Assembly (NCBI GenBank): GCA_947632265.1
Contig: CANROP010000001.1
Coordinates: 1 to 45,390, forward strand
From: an uncultured Bacilli bacterium
Lineage (GTDB): Bacteria > Bacillota_I > Bacilli_A > RF39 > UBA660
Direction: 5' to 3'
Length of the DNA: 45,390 nt
Shown here in pieces: positions 36,212 to 44,748 of the stretch; the first letter of the stretch is position 1, and every line of letters starts with the position of its first letter. The translations under genes and the position numbers were made by a program. The notes under the pieces are model-generated. The model ran no database searches, was not told the origin of the DNA, and worked only from the letters and a program-made list of their open reading frames with translations.

Positions 36212-36352
36212 TTAATTACACTTAAGTGGTCTAATCATACCATCTATAAGTCCTATCAAAAAAGTTATACAAGCACCTATTCCTAAAATAGCTCCAATAC
36301 TTATTCCACCACCACTAATGTTTTCTAATTCATTATCAGTTAAATTTCTCAC
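36212..36352 (-). CDS. Double-glycine-leader bacteriocin-like peptide A (46 aa precursor)
   Basis: My manual translation gives (GTG)MRNLTDNELENISGG, the cleavage site, then GISIGAILGIGACITFLIGLIDGMIRPLKCN. The GTG start overlaps the TGA stop of the upstream gene (GTGA). The mature part is hydrophobic with GxxxG motifs. Confidence 0.7.
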   Translation of the reverse strand: MRNLTDNELENISGGGISIGAILGIGACITFLIGLIDGMIRPLKCN

Positions 36353-36771
36353 TTAAAAAACTCCTCTCTTAATTTATTCTTTATTATTTCAAAAATTGTT
36401 GTTCTATTCTTTAATATATTTACTACTACTTGATTGTTATTTATTGAAATATCATCACTTAAATTTAATTCAACTACCATTTTATTATCACTAATATCCA
36501 CGATTTTATAATCATATAAAATTCTTTTTATATATAACTTATCACTTTTATCTATAGGGAAATCACTTTCATTTAATAATATAACTAGATAAGTTTTATC
36601 TTCTATAACCACATATGCATTATAGGATTTATATATATTAAATTTTATAGAAAATATAATCATTAAAGAAATTGTTAGTAAAATTAATATAGTAATCCAA
36701 GATATTACACATTTTGGATTTTTTCTTTCTAATATTAGACTAGAATCATCATATATATCTATCTCATTCAT
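36349..36771 (-). CDS. Small single-TM protein: a truncated HlyD-like secretion accessory protein or an immunity protein
   Basis: The N-terminal TM is WITILILLTISLMIIFSI and the body is beta-rich. It overlaps the ABC gene by 8 nt and peptide A by 4 nt. Confidence 0.4.
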   Translation of the reverse strand: MNEIDIYDDSSLILERKNPKCVISWITILILLTISLMIIFSIKFNIYKSYNAYVVIEDKTYLVILLNESDFPIDKSDKLYIKRILYDYKIVDISDNKMVVELNLSDDISINNNQVVVNILKNRTTIFEIIKNKLREEFFK

Positions 36772-38845
36772 TTTTACACTCTACTTTTTTTATATTTCCA
36801 TCTTCTAGTTCTATTAAATTATCAAATAAATCTAAATTATCTAATCTATGAGAAACAACTATTATAGTTTTATCTTTATAATAATTAAATATATTTTTTA
36901 ATATCTTTCTTTCTAAATTTATATCTACTTCACTAAGCCCCTCATCTATTATAAGTATTTTAAAATTTCTAAGTAAGGCACGTGCGAGAACTATCCTAGC
37001 CTTTTCTCCTCCTGATAAATTAAATCCATTTTCTTCTATTAAAGTATTAAATCCTAAATTATTATCCATAATCTCATCTAAATAACACATCTTAGAAACA
37101 TTTAAGAGATTAGAACTATTACTACCTTCAAATATTAAATTATTGTAAATTGTATCGTTAAATAAAACTTCATTTTGACTTATGTATAAAATATTATCTC
37201 TAATTACATTTTCTTTATAATTATTTATATCTATACTATCTATAAAAATATTATCATAACCAATTTTATAATACCTCATTAAAAGTTTAAACAAAGTACT
37301 TTTTCCACTACCACTCTTACCTACTATCATAGTTTTAGAACTTTTCTTTATTTTTAAATTTATATTTTTTAAAATTATTCTTCTATCATCAAATGAAAAA
37401 TTTAAATTTTTAAATATTATATCTCCATTTTTAAACTTATCTAAAATGCCAATTTCCTTATCTTCCTCCTTTTGTAGTTCTACAACCCTTATGAATGAAT
37501 TTTTTGCTTCTTTTATCGTACTATCTAAATCTATAATGTTTTTGATAGGATCTAGAAAATATATTAAAAGTGCACTGAAAGTAAATAATTTTTCTATTTC
37601 CATTTTTCCTTCAATTACTAGTATACATCCAGAAAACATAATAAATATAAAACCTATATCATTTATTAAATCTTTAAATAATTTTTGAATAAAGTATAGA
37701 TTATTATAGTTAAATATCTCTTTTAAAAATCTTACATACTTTTTTTCAAATTTATTTAAAATGTTATTCCCGATATTTATACCTTTTATAGTTTCAAAAC
37801 CACTTATAGATTCAACTAAATACGAAGTAACTTCGCTTCTTTTTTGATGTGCTTTTTTAATATGGTCATTAAATATCTCTTTAAATATAAATATTATAAT
37901 AAAGTATAGAACAAGTATAATTAAACCTATTAAAAATAAAGTTTGATTTAATAAATATAGTATTATTAAAGATATAAATGTTAATGGTAAATCTACATAA
38001 AGTGTTATAGCTACCTTATTTATCATATCTCTAATATTATCTAAATCATTTATCCTAGATACAATATCTCCTGTTGTTCTATTTTTATAGTAGTAATAAG
38101 GAAGTTTAATAATATTTTTAAAAATACCCAAAGTTAACTTAATATCAAGTTTTTGATTAATATAAGAAAGTAACTTATTTCTAAAAAAATCTGAAATAAT
38201 TTTTAGTAAATATGTAGAAAAGAAGATACTAAATATAAATAGAATGTGCATTTTTGAATAAGTACTAACTCCTTTAATCATATACTCTGTATAAAAGGAT
38301 GTAAATATAGAAAATATAGTTATAAATATAGATAAAATAAATATATTAATAAGCATTTTCTTATTTGGTTTTAATAATTCTAATATAAACGATTTATAAG
38401 ATATCTTAGTATCTATTTCTAGTTTTCTTATGGGGTAAAAAGTAACTAGTACATTATTAAATATTTTATCGAAATCAGTATATTTAATTTTCTTTATTTT
38501 ATCATTTGGATCTCCTATAACTAAATATCCATACTTAAAGTTTATCTCGTATATAACTACAAAATGTTTATATGAATCATTTATTACTACATTAGCAATA
38601 CATGGTAAAATAATATTTGAAGAATTAATATCGCTTAGTTTACATGAAATTCCTTTAGCTTCAAATCCTAAATTTATTAAAGCCTCTTTTAGATGGTAGG
38701 CAGTTGTTCCATCTTTATTTGTCTTAGTCATTTCAAGTAAAGTATTTCTAGATTTATATCCTTTATAATATTTAATTACCATCTCTAGACATGCAACTCC
38801 ACAATCCTTAAATTCCTCTTGTCTAACGAATGGGTATTTTCCCAT
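36764..38845 (-). CDS. Peptidase C39-domain bacteriocin ABC exporter (LagD/ComA type)
   Basis: The N-terminus is FVRQEEFKDCGVACLEMVIKYY (catalytic Cys). There are six TM helices. Walker A is GKSGSGKST, the ABC signature is LSGGEKARI and Walker B is ILIIDEGLS. Confidence 0.9.
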   Translation of the reverse strand: MGKYPFVRQEEFKDCGVACLEMVIKYYKGYKSRNTLLEMTKTNKDGTTAYHLKEALINLGFEAKGISCKLSDINSSNIILPCIANVVINDSYKHFVVIYEINFKYGYLVIGDPNDKIKKIKYTDFDKIFNNVLVTFYPIRKLEIDTKISYKSFILELLKPNKKMLINIFILSIFITIFSIFTSFYTEYMIKGVSTYSKMHILFIFSIFFSTYLLKIISDFFRNKLLSYINQKLDIKLTLGIFKNIIKLPYYYYKNRTTGDIVSRINDLDNIRDMINKVAITLYVDLPLTFISLIILYLLNQTLFLIGLIILVLYFIIIFIFKEIFNDHIKKAHQKRSEVTSYLVESISGFETIKGINIGNNILNKFEKKYVRFLKEIFNYNNLYFIQKLFKDLINDIGFIFIMFSGCILVIEGKMEIEKLFTFSALLIYFLDPIKNIIDLDSTIKEAKNSFIRVVELQKEEDKEIGILDKFKNGDIIFKNLNFSFDDRRIILKNINLKIKKSSKTMIVGKSGSGKSTLFKLLMRYYKIGYDNIFIDSIDINNYKENVIRDNILYISQNEVLFNDTIYNNLIFEGSNSSNLLNVSKMCYLDEIMDNNLGFNTLIEENGFNLSGGEKARIVLARALLRNFKILIIDEGLSEVDINLERKILKNIFNYYKDKTIIVVSHRLDNLDLFDNLIELEDGNIKKVECKNE

Positions 38846-38958
38846 ATTTTCACCTCCTCATATATATCATTCTATTTTTTTTCACGATTTCCTTTTTTTT
38901 TCGCAAAAAAAAATATAAATTTTTTCAAATTTATATCAATTTTATATAAAATTCATAC

Positions 38959-39372
38959 TTATTCGTATATTTTTACAAACACAGTTGTATCTTTAATTTT
39001 AAAATCTTTACTCTGATAAAAGTAGTGAGCTGCTCTTCTTTGATTACCCGATGTAAGTTCTATATAACTTATGTTATTCTCTTTTACTAGTTCCTCTATC
39101 TTATTAAATAACATAGTTGCATATCCTTTTCTTCTATAATCTTTAGAAACGGAAAGATAAGATAAGTAATAATACTTTTGATTTTTTATGTATTCTATTT
39201 TCTCTTCAAGTGTTACTGATGCGACTACTTTATTAGAATCTTTAATTACTAATATTTTATTTTGATTAAGCATTTTTAAAACTGAATCTTTAGTTGTCTC
39301 ATATCCAAATACTTCGTAAATTAATTCTATAAAACTATCTATATCTTTTTTATTTAAATATTCTACTTTCAT
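38959..39372 (-). CDS. GNAT family N-acetyltransferase
   Basis: The motif-A region is YLSVSKDYRRKGYATMLF. Length is about 137 aa. Confidence 0.8.
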   Translation of the reverse strand: MKVEYLNKKDIDSFIELIYEVFGYETTKDSVLKMLNQNKILVIKDSNKVVASVTLEEKIEYIKNQKYYYLSYLSVSKDYRRKGYATMLFNKIEELVKENNISYIELTSGNQRRAAHYFYQSKDFKIKDTTVFVKIYE

Positions 39373-39373
39373 T

Positions 39374-39757
39374 TTACCTACCCTCTATAAATATTTTTCT
39401 AGTAATAAAATTATACACCATAACTATTAGGGTTGCAAGAAGTTTAGATATCATATAATGAATGGATATGATATCTACCATGATATACATTATAATTGAA
39501 TTAATGATAAGTCCTATAACACTAAGTATTATAAATACTATAAATTCATGCATATCTTGTTTCTTATTTACATCAAATACCCATTTTATACTTAATATAT
39601 AATTAAATATTACTGATACTGTAAACGATATACAAGATGATATTAAATAGTATATATGGAAAATATCTGTTAATACATATAAAACTATATAATCTATTAT
39701 AAAGGCTAGTCCACCTACTACTCCAAATCTTAATATTTGTTTTACTAATTTATTCAT
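39374..39757 (-). CDS. GtrA-family membrane protein
   Basis: FGVVGGLAFIIDYIVL, four TM helices and the C-terminal NFITRKIF motif, over about 127 aa. Confidence 0.8.
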   Translation of the reverse strand: MNKLVKQILRFGVVGGLAFIIDYIVLYVLTDIFHIYYLISSCISFTVSVIFNYILSIKWVFDVNKKQDMHEFIVFIILSVIGLIINSIIMYIMVDIISIHYMISKLLATLIVMVYNFITRKIFIEGR

Positions 39758-40682
39758 TTTTCCCCTCTAATAAATTTAAATATAATTCATACATTTTTTT
39801 ATCTTTTGTTACTATTACTTGAAGTATTATACCTGTAATCCATAGTAATATTGAAATTATTAAACATACTCCTGATACTATTAAACTTGGAAATCTTGGA
39901 ACTAATCCTATTTTAAAGTATTCTATAAATACAGGTAGTCCTAAAACTAGAGAAACTATTAAAAATATTATAGAAAATATGTTAAAAAATGTAGCTGGTT
40001 TATATTCTTTAAATAATGTCGCAATCGTCTTTAATACTTTAAATCCATCACTATATGTATTTAATTTAGATATAGATCCTTCTTGCCTATCTTTATATGT
40101 TATTGGTATTTCTACTAATTTATAATTCTTATCTACCGCATGTATAGTCATTTCTGTTTCTATTTCAAATCCTTTTGAAAGTATTGGAAAACCTTTTACA
40201 AATCTATAACTAAACGCACGGTAACCTGTCATTATATCTTTTACATTTGTTCTAAATAACAAATTAATTAAAAATCTAACTATTCTATTACCAAAATTAT
40301 GAAAAGGTCTTTTATTCTCTTTAAAGTATGCTCCTGATAATCTATCTCCTATTACCATATCTGCTTTTCCTTCTAATACTATATCGCACATATCTTTCGC
40401 ATTAGAAGCAGAATATGTATCATCTCCATCTACCATAAGATAACAATCTGCATCTATTTCTCTAAACATAGTTCTAATTACATTACCTTTTCCTTGTTTA
40501 TATTCATGTCTTACAATCGCACCTGCACTTCTTGCGATATCACTAGTTTTATCTGTTGAATTATTATCATAAACAAAAATATCTGCTATAGGTAGTGCTT
40601 TTTTATAATCTTTTACTACCTTTTCTATTGTTTTCTCTTCATTATAACAAGGTATTAAAACTGCTATTCTACTTCTTTTCAT
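39750..40682 (-). CDS. GT2 polyprenyl-phosphate sugar synthase (GtrB/DPM1-like) with C-terminal TM helices
   Basis: VLIPCYNEE, YDNNSTDKT and VDGDDTY (DxD) are present, with two C-terminal hydrophobic helices. Confidence 0.85.
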   Translation of the reverse strand: MKRSRIAVLIPCYNEEKTIEKVVKDYKKALPIADIFVYDNNSTDKTSDIARSAGAIVRHEYKQGKGNVIRTMFREIDADCYLMVDGDDTYSASNAKDMCDIVLEGKADMVIGDRLSGAYFKENKRPFHNFGNRIVRFLINLLFRTNVKDIMTGYRAFSYRFVKGFPILSKGFEIETEMTIHAVDKNYKLVEIPITYKDRQEGSISKLNTYSDGFKVLKTIATLFKEYKPATFFNIFSIIFLIVSLVLGLPVFIEYFKIGLVPRFPSLIVSGVCLIISILLWITGIILQVIVTKDKKMYELYLNLLEGKNE

Positions 40683-42324
40683 CTACTTTTCCTCCTATAT
40701 AATTTATAAATAATCCTATCGTAAGTGGCATTGAAAATATATATGGCATCGCATATCTAAAATACGTATTAGCTGGGGATGCTACACAGATAAGGATTGT
40801 AGCAACACTAGGTAAAAGATATACTATACCTTTTTTATTTTTCTTATATATTAAATAAGTTATAAGTAAGAATAATATCCAAGTATTAAATCCTATATTA
40901 GATATTAAACCTATTACTGGTATATATGGATATATAAGTCCAAATCCACTTAATATTTCTCTACTTTTATCTAAAGAGTTATAGTGATATTTAAATCCGT
41001 CTTTAACTATTCTATCATCAAATTTATAATAAATATACCAATTTGTCTTAAATGGATAAAAATATCCATAAACATTGTTAACTGTTGCATCTATATAAAG
41101 TACTGGATCTTTAGTTAAATCTTTAAACCATGTTTTAAAATATTTTTTTAATTCTTCATCCGTTGTATATTTATTATATTTATTTTTAACTGGATCACTT
41201 AATTCAGGATCGTAACGACTAGCTAAATCTGTCATATCAAGTACTTTATCGTATATTAAATATTCTTCATCATCTACACCGTGATATTTAACATAACGCG
41301 CTGTTTGTTGAAATGGTATAGATAACACTTCTCTTATACTAGATGGAGTTATTTTAAAATATGGAAGTATTATATTATTATAAGAATAATTTAAGCTTAA
41401 AAATAATATAAATACTATTAATAATTTTTTTATATTTTTTTTATTTGATAAAATTAAAAATGGAAAAGTTAAAAGTACTATATGAAATCCATTATTTCTA
41501 AAAAGCATAATACATACTAATAAAACTAATATTATAGTTAAATGTTTTAACTTTAAATTTAAATTTTTATTTGTTATCAAATGATATATCAAAATAATAT
41601 AAAGTATTATAAATGATGAAAATATTACATCTTTTACCGCACTCATAGAATAAAGTGGAAACATAGGTACAAGTGAATAAATAAGTAACGTAATTATTCT
41701 ATATTTATATGGTACTTTTATTTTTGTCATATAACTTATAGTAAATGAAAGCACACTAGATAATATTAATATTTGAATTAAACTATAAATAAATAATCCT
41801 AAATTATCACTACCTACTATATTTCCTATTTTAAGACATGTACCAAGTAATAATGTATGAACTACTGGATGATGATTTGTTATTATTACATTTTCATCAA
41901 GTAGTATAGAATAATCTGAATATTTATTTGGTATACCAAAATACTGTTTTATTTGAAAACTTGGATCTGGTGAAAGTATTGCTGGATAAAACGAAATTAT
42001 ATATGGCATCCACATTATAAGTATTACTACAATACTTATAATAAATGGATGTTTATTTAATAAATTTATAAATTTATTTTTACTTTTATCTTTAGTTTTA
42101 TACTTATCTAAAAAATTAAATAATAATATTATAAGTAATCTAAATATCATAAAAAGTATTATTAATAAAGGTATACTAATATAAAAATATTTAAATACTA
42201 AGCTAGCTGTTTCACACATGATATAGCTTGTTGCAAATATAATTAAAGTTGAATATATTAAACTTAATATAGTTATAGATTTTTTAACCTTTAAATTTAT
42301 AACTTCATTTAATACTTTCTTCAT
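40669..42324 (-). CDS. Large multi-pass membrane protein, probable GT-C type glycosyltransferase
   Basis: About 551 aa with many TM helices and a polar extracytoplasmic segment. It is operonic with the GT2 and GtrA genes, the same three-component logic as CsbB/YfhO/GtcA. Confidence 0.5.
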   Translation of the reverse strand: MKKVLNEVINLKVKKSITILSLIYSTLIIFATSYIMCETASLVFKYFYISIPLLIILFMIFRLLIILLFNFLDKYKTKDKSKNKFINLLNKHPFIISIVVILIMWMPYIISFYPAILSPDPSFQIKQYFGIPNKYSDYSILLDENVIITNHHPVVHTLLLGTCLKIGNIVGSDNLGLFIYSLIQILILSSVLSFTISYMTKIKVPYKYRIITLLIYSLVPMFPLYSMSAVKDVIFSSFIILYIILIYHLITNKNLNLKLKHLTIILVLLVCIMLFRNNGFHIVLLTFPFLILSNKKNIKKLLIVFILFLSLNYSYNNIILPYFKITPSSIREVLSIPFQQTARYVKYHGVDDEEYLIYDKVLDMTDLASRYDPELSDPVKNKYNKYTTDEELKKYFKTWFKDLTKDPVLYIDATVNNVYGYFYPFKTNWYIYYKFDDRIVKDGFKYHYNSLDKSREILSGFGLIYPYIPVIGLISNIGFNTWILFLLITYLIYKKNKKGIVYLLPSVATILICVASPANTYFRYAMPYIFSMPLTIGLFINYIGGKVDEKK

Positions 42325-42333
42325 ACCTCACCT

Positions 42334-44478
42334 CTAATCACAATTTACTCTTATATAGTTTACTCCTATATCAAAATAGTTTTCTTTTAAATTAATTTTT
42401 TTATAATTATATATATACATAAAATTATCTTTTATTTTAATATTGTATTTATTTTTAAATCTATCTATAAGTTCTCCATAATTTTTATTATATTTTTTTA
42501 ATAAATTATATTTACAAACCATTACTTCAGGATATCCTTCTATAATTACTTCTACATTTGGTAATTTTTTATATCTATTTATATAACTATCTATTAATGT
42601 TTTTACTTGTTTATAAGATAGTTCATATGATAAAGTTATTTTATTAACTCCTATAGAATGAAGGTAAGCAACACTATATGAATTAGTTACATTTAATGAA
42701 AAATCTGTATCTACATTTTTATATTTTTTTATACTACCTAAATCACTTACTAATAATTTAGAGTGATAATTAGGTAAATGTTCATTTATTCTATTTAATT
42801 TTAATATACATTTTTTATCATTTATTTTATCTTTTTCTTCCATACTATCAATATAAATTATATCACATGTATCTTTTATTTTTTCATATTCTTCTAAAGT
42901 ATGAATAAGAATACTTTTACATTTTACTTTTTTATAATTTTTTAATTCTATATAATAATTACTTTTTTTATATTCTTTTATTTCTAATCTTTTCTTAGTT
43001 AATTTATCTATTGCTTCTCTTCTTAATTTATTTATTATACTAATAGGTATAAAAATATTAGAATCACTAATAATATCTAAACTTTCAAATTCATATATTG
43101 TATCTCCTAGTCTTTTTAATTTTTCTTCTATCATATCTTTTGTAGTTTCAATACTTTTAGATTTTTCTACATTTACATCACTTATAACTTCTATAGTATT
43201 TATATTATCAGTTATAGATAGTTTTATAGGACTGTTTAATTTTAATATACAAGTTCCTTTTATATATACTTTTCTTTCTTTTTTAATATTATTTTCTATC
43301 TCTTTCATTAAGTAATAATCAGTTGTTTTTACTACTTTATCATTTTTATTTATTTTATCTTTTATAGGTACTCTAATAATATCTCCTATATTTCCACTTT
43401 TTACACTAATACCATTTTTATACATAATTGTAACAATAGTACCTGTATCATTACTTCCTATAATTCTAATTCCATCATTTATGTTTAAAGGACTAGATAG
43501 TTTTATTGTTGCTTTATTATTTTTATAATCTATTACCTCTCCTATATTAATACCTATATGATTTGGTCTAAATGTATTTGTATATGAATCATTATCTTCA
43601 TTAAATATAAATCCTTTAGTAAATTCTCTATTAAATACTTTTTTTAAATTTATTATATCTATATCTGTTATATTTGTTTTACCATATTTTTTATAATTAT
43701 CTATAGCTTTCCTATATATACTAGTAACTAAATAAACATATTCAGGTCTTTTCATTCTACCTTCTATTTTTAAACTTTCAACATTACTATCTATTAATTC
43801 TTTTATATAATCTAAGGTATTTAAATCTTTAGTACTAAGTAAATATTTATTATCTTCTACTATTTTTTCATCTATTTTTAAACTATAAGGTTGCCTGCAA
43901 CACTGTGCACATGTTCCTCTATTACCACTTCTACCACCTATAAAATAACTCATTAAACATTCACCTGAATAACTCATACAAAGTGCGCCATGTATAAATA
44001 CTTCAAGTTCTATATTTGTATCTTTTTTTATTTCTTTTATTAAATCAATACTTACTTCTCTTGAAAGTACTACTCTTTTTACTCCTAATTCTTCAAGTAA
44101 TTTTACACCTTCTTTATTATGTATATTTAACTGTGTTGATGCATGTATTTCTAAATTTGGATATGTTTTTCTAACTAAATCAATCATACCTATATCTTGC
44201 ATTATTAAAGCATCTACACCATTTTTATGTAAAAAATCTATATAATCTAAAAATCTATCTACTTCAACATCATATATAAGAGTATTTACAGTTACATAAA
44301 TTTTTACTCCATATAAATGGCATATATTAATGGCTTTTATTAATTCTTCACGAGTAAAATTTCCTGCAAAACTTCTCGCACCAAAATTTTTACCAGCTAG
44401 ATAAACTGCATCACACCCTGCATTTATTGCAACATATAAACATTCCATATTTCCTACTGGAGAAAGTAATTCAGGCAT
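42334..44478 (-). CDS. Peptidase U32 family protein (long form)
   Basis: The N-terminus is PELLSPVGNMECLYVAINAGCDAVYLAGKNFGAR. The motifs IHASTQ and a cysteine-rich stretch (CMSYSGEC, later CAQCC) are present. Confidence 0.85.
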   Translation of the reverse strand: MPELLSPVGNMECLYVAINAGCDAVYLAGKNFGARSFAGNFTREELIKAINICHLYGVKIYVTVNTLIYDVEVDRFLDYIDFLHKNGVDALIMQDIGMIDLVRKTYPNLEIHASTQLNIHNKEGVKLLEELGVKRVVLSREVSIDLIKEIKKDTNIELEVFIHGALCMSYSGECLMSYFIGGRSGNRGTCAQCCRQPYSLKIDEKIVEDNKYLLSTKDLNTLDYIKELIDSNVESLKIEGRMKRPEYVYLVTSIYRKAIDNYKKYGKTNITDIDIINLKKVFNREFTKGFIFNEDNDSYTNTFRPNHIGINIGEVIDYKNNKATIKLSSPLNINDGIRIIGSNDTGTIVTIMYKNGISVKSGNIGDIIRVPIKDKINKNDKVVKTTDYYLMKEIENNIKKERKVYIKGTCILKLNSPIKLSITDNINTIEVISDVNVEKSKSIETTKDMIEEKLKRLGDTIYEFESLDIISDSNIFIPISIINKLRREAIDKLTKKRLEIKEYKKSNYYIELKNYKKVKCKSILIHTLEEYEKIKDTCDIIYIDSMEEKDKINDKKCILKLNRINEHLPNYHSKLLVSDLGSIKKYKNVDTDFSLNVTNSYSVAYLHSIGVNKITLSYELSYKQVKTLIDSYINRYKKLPNVEVIIEGYPEVMVCKYNLLKKYNKNYGELIDRFKNKYNIKIKDNFMYIYNYKKINLKENYFDIGVNYIRVNCD

Positions 44479-44545
44479 AACATCACCTAAAACATTATAC
44501 CATGTATTTAGATATTTAAAAATACATATTAAAAATAATTTTAAT

Positions 44546-44573
44546 ATTAAAAAGAGATAACAAATATTATCTC
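44546..44573 (-). terminator. Rho-independent terminator downstream of the variable-protein gene
   Basis: Stem gagataa/ttatctc (44554-44560 with 44567-44573), followed on the minus strand by TTTTTAA. Confidence 0.6.
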
Positions 44574-44641
44574 AATTAAATTATATATTTTAAAGATACA
44601 AATTCAGACAGGCTCCCAGAGTAAACCCTGGACGCCTGCGG

Positions 44642-44675
44642 TATCCTGCTCACAAAAAAGAGTGTGAGCAGGATA
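44642..44675. repeat. 13-bp perfect inverted repeat (GC-rich hairpin) in the 3' untranslated region
   Basis: tatcctgctcaca (44642-44654) pairs with tgtgagcaggata (44663-44675) around an 8-nt loop. No U-tract follows on either strand. Confidence 0.7.
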
Positions 44676-44748
44676 ATCCATCCCACTTTATTTGTGGTCG
44701 TTTTGTATTACAGGCCCTCTTGTAGTACTTGCGTTCAGAGGGAAGCTG

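Noticed and set aside
465-39016. Seventeen short ORF-track entries antisense to, or overlapping, longer genes: 465-656, 6527-6721, 9033-9329, 9551-9769, 11038-11532, 13050-13292, 19744-19956, 20580-20810, 21367-21672, 26377-26583, 27657-27845, 30266-30454, 31293-31535, 31492-31770, 34498-34707, 37446-37688 and 38819-39016.
   Set aside because: Most are embedded antisense in a longer ORF with clear family motifs; 465-656, 19744-19956, 30266-30454 and 38819-39016 only overlap a gene end or lie partly in intergenic DNA. Their translations are low-complexity Ile/Leu/Phe/Asn-rich strings typical of shadow ORFs in AT-rich DNA. None has a convincing RBS.
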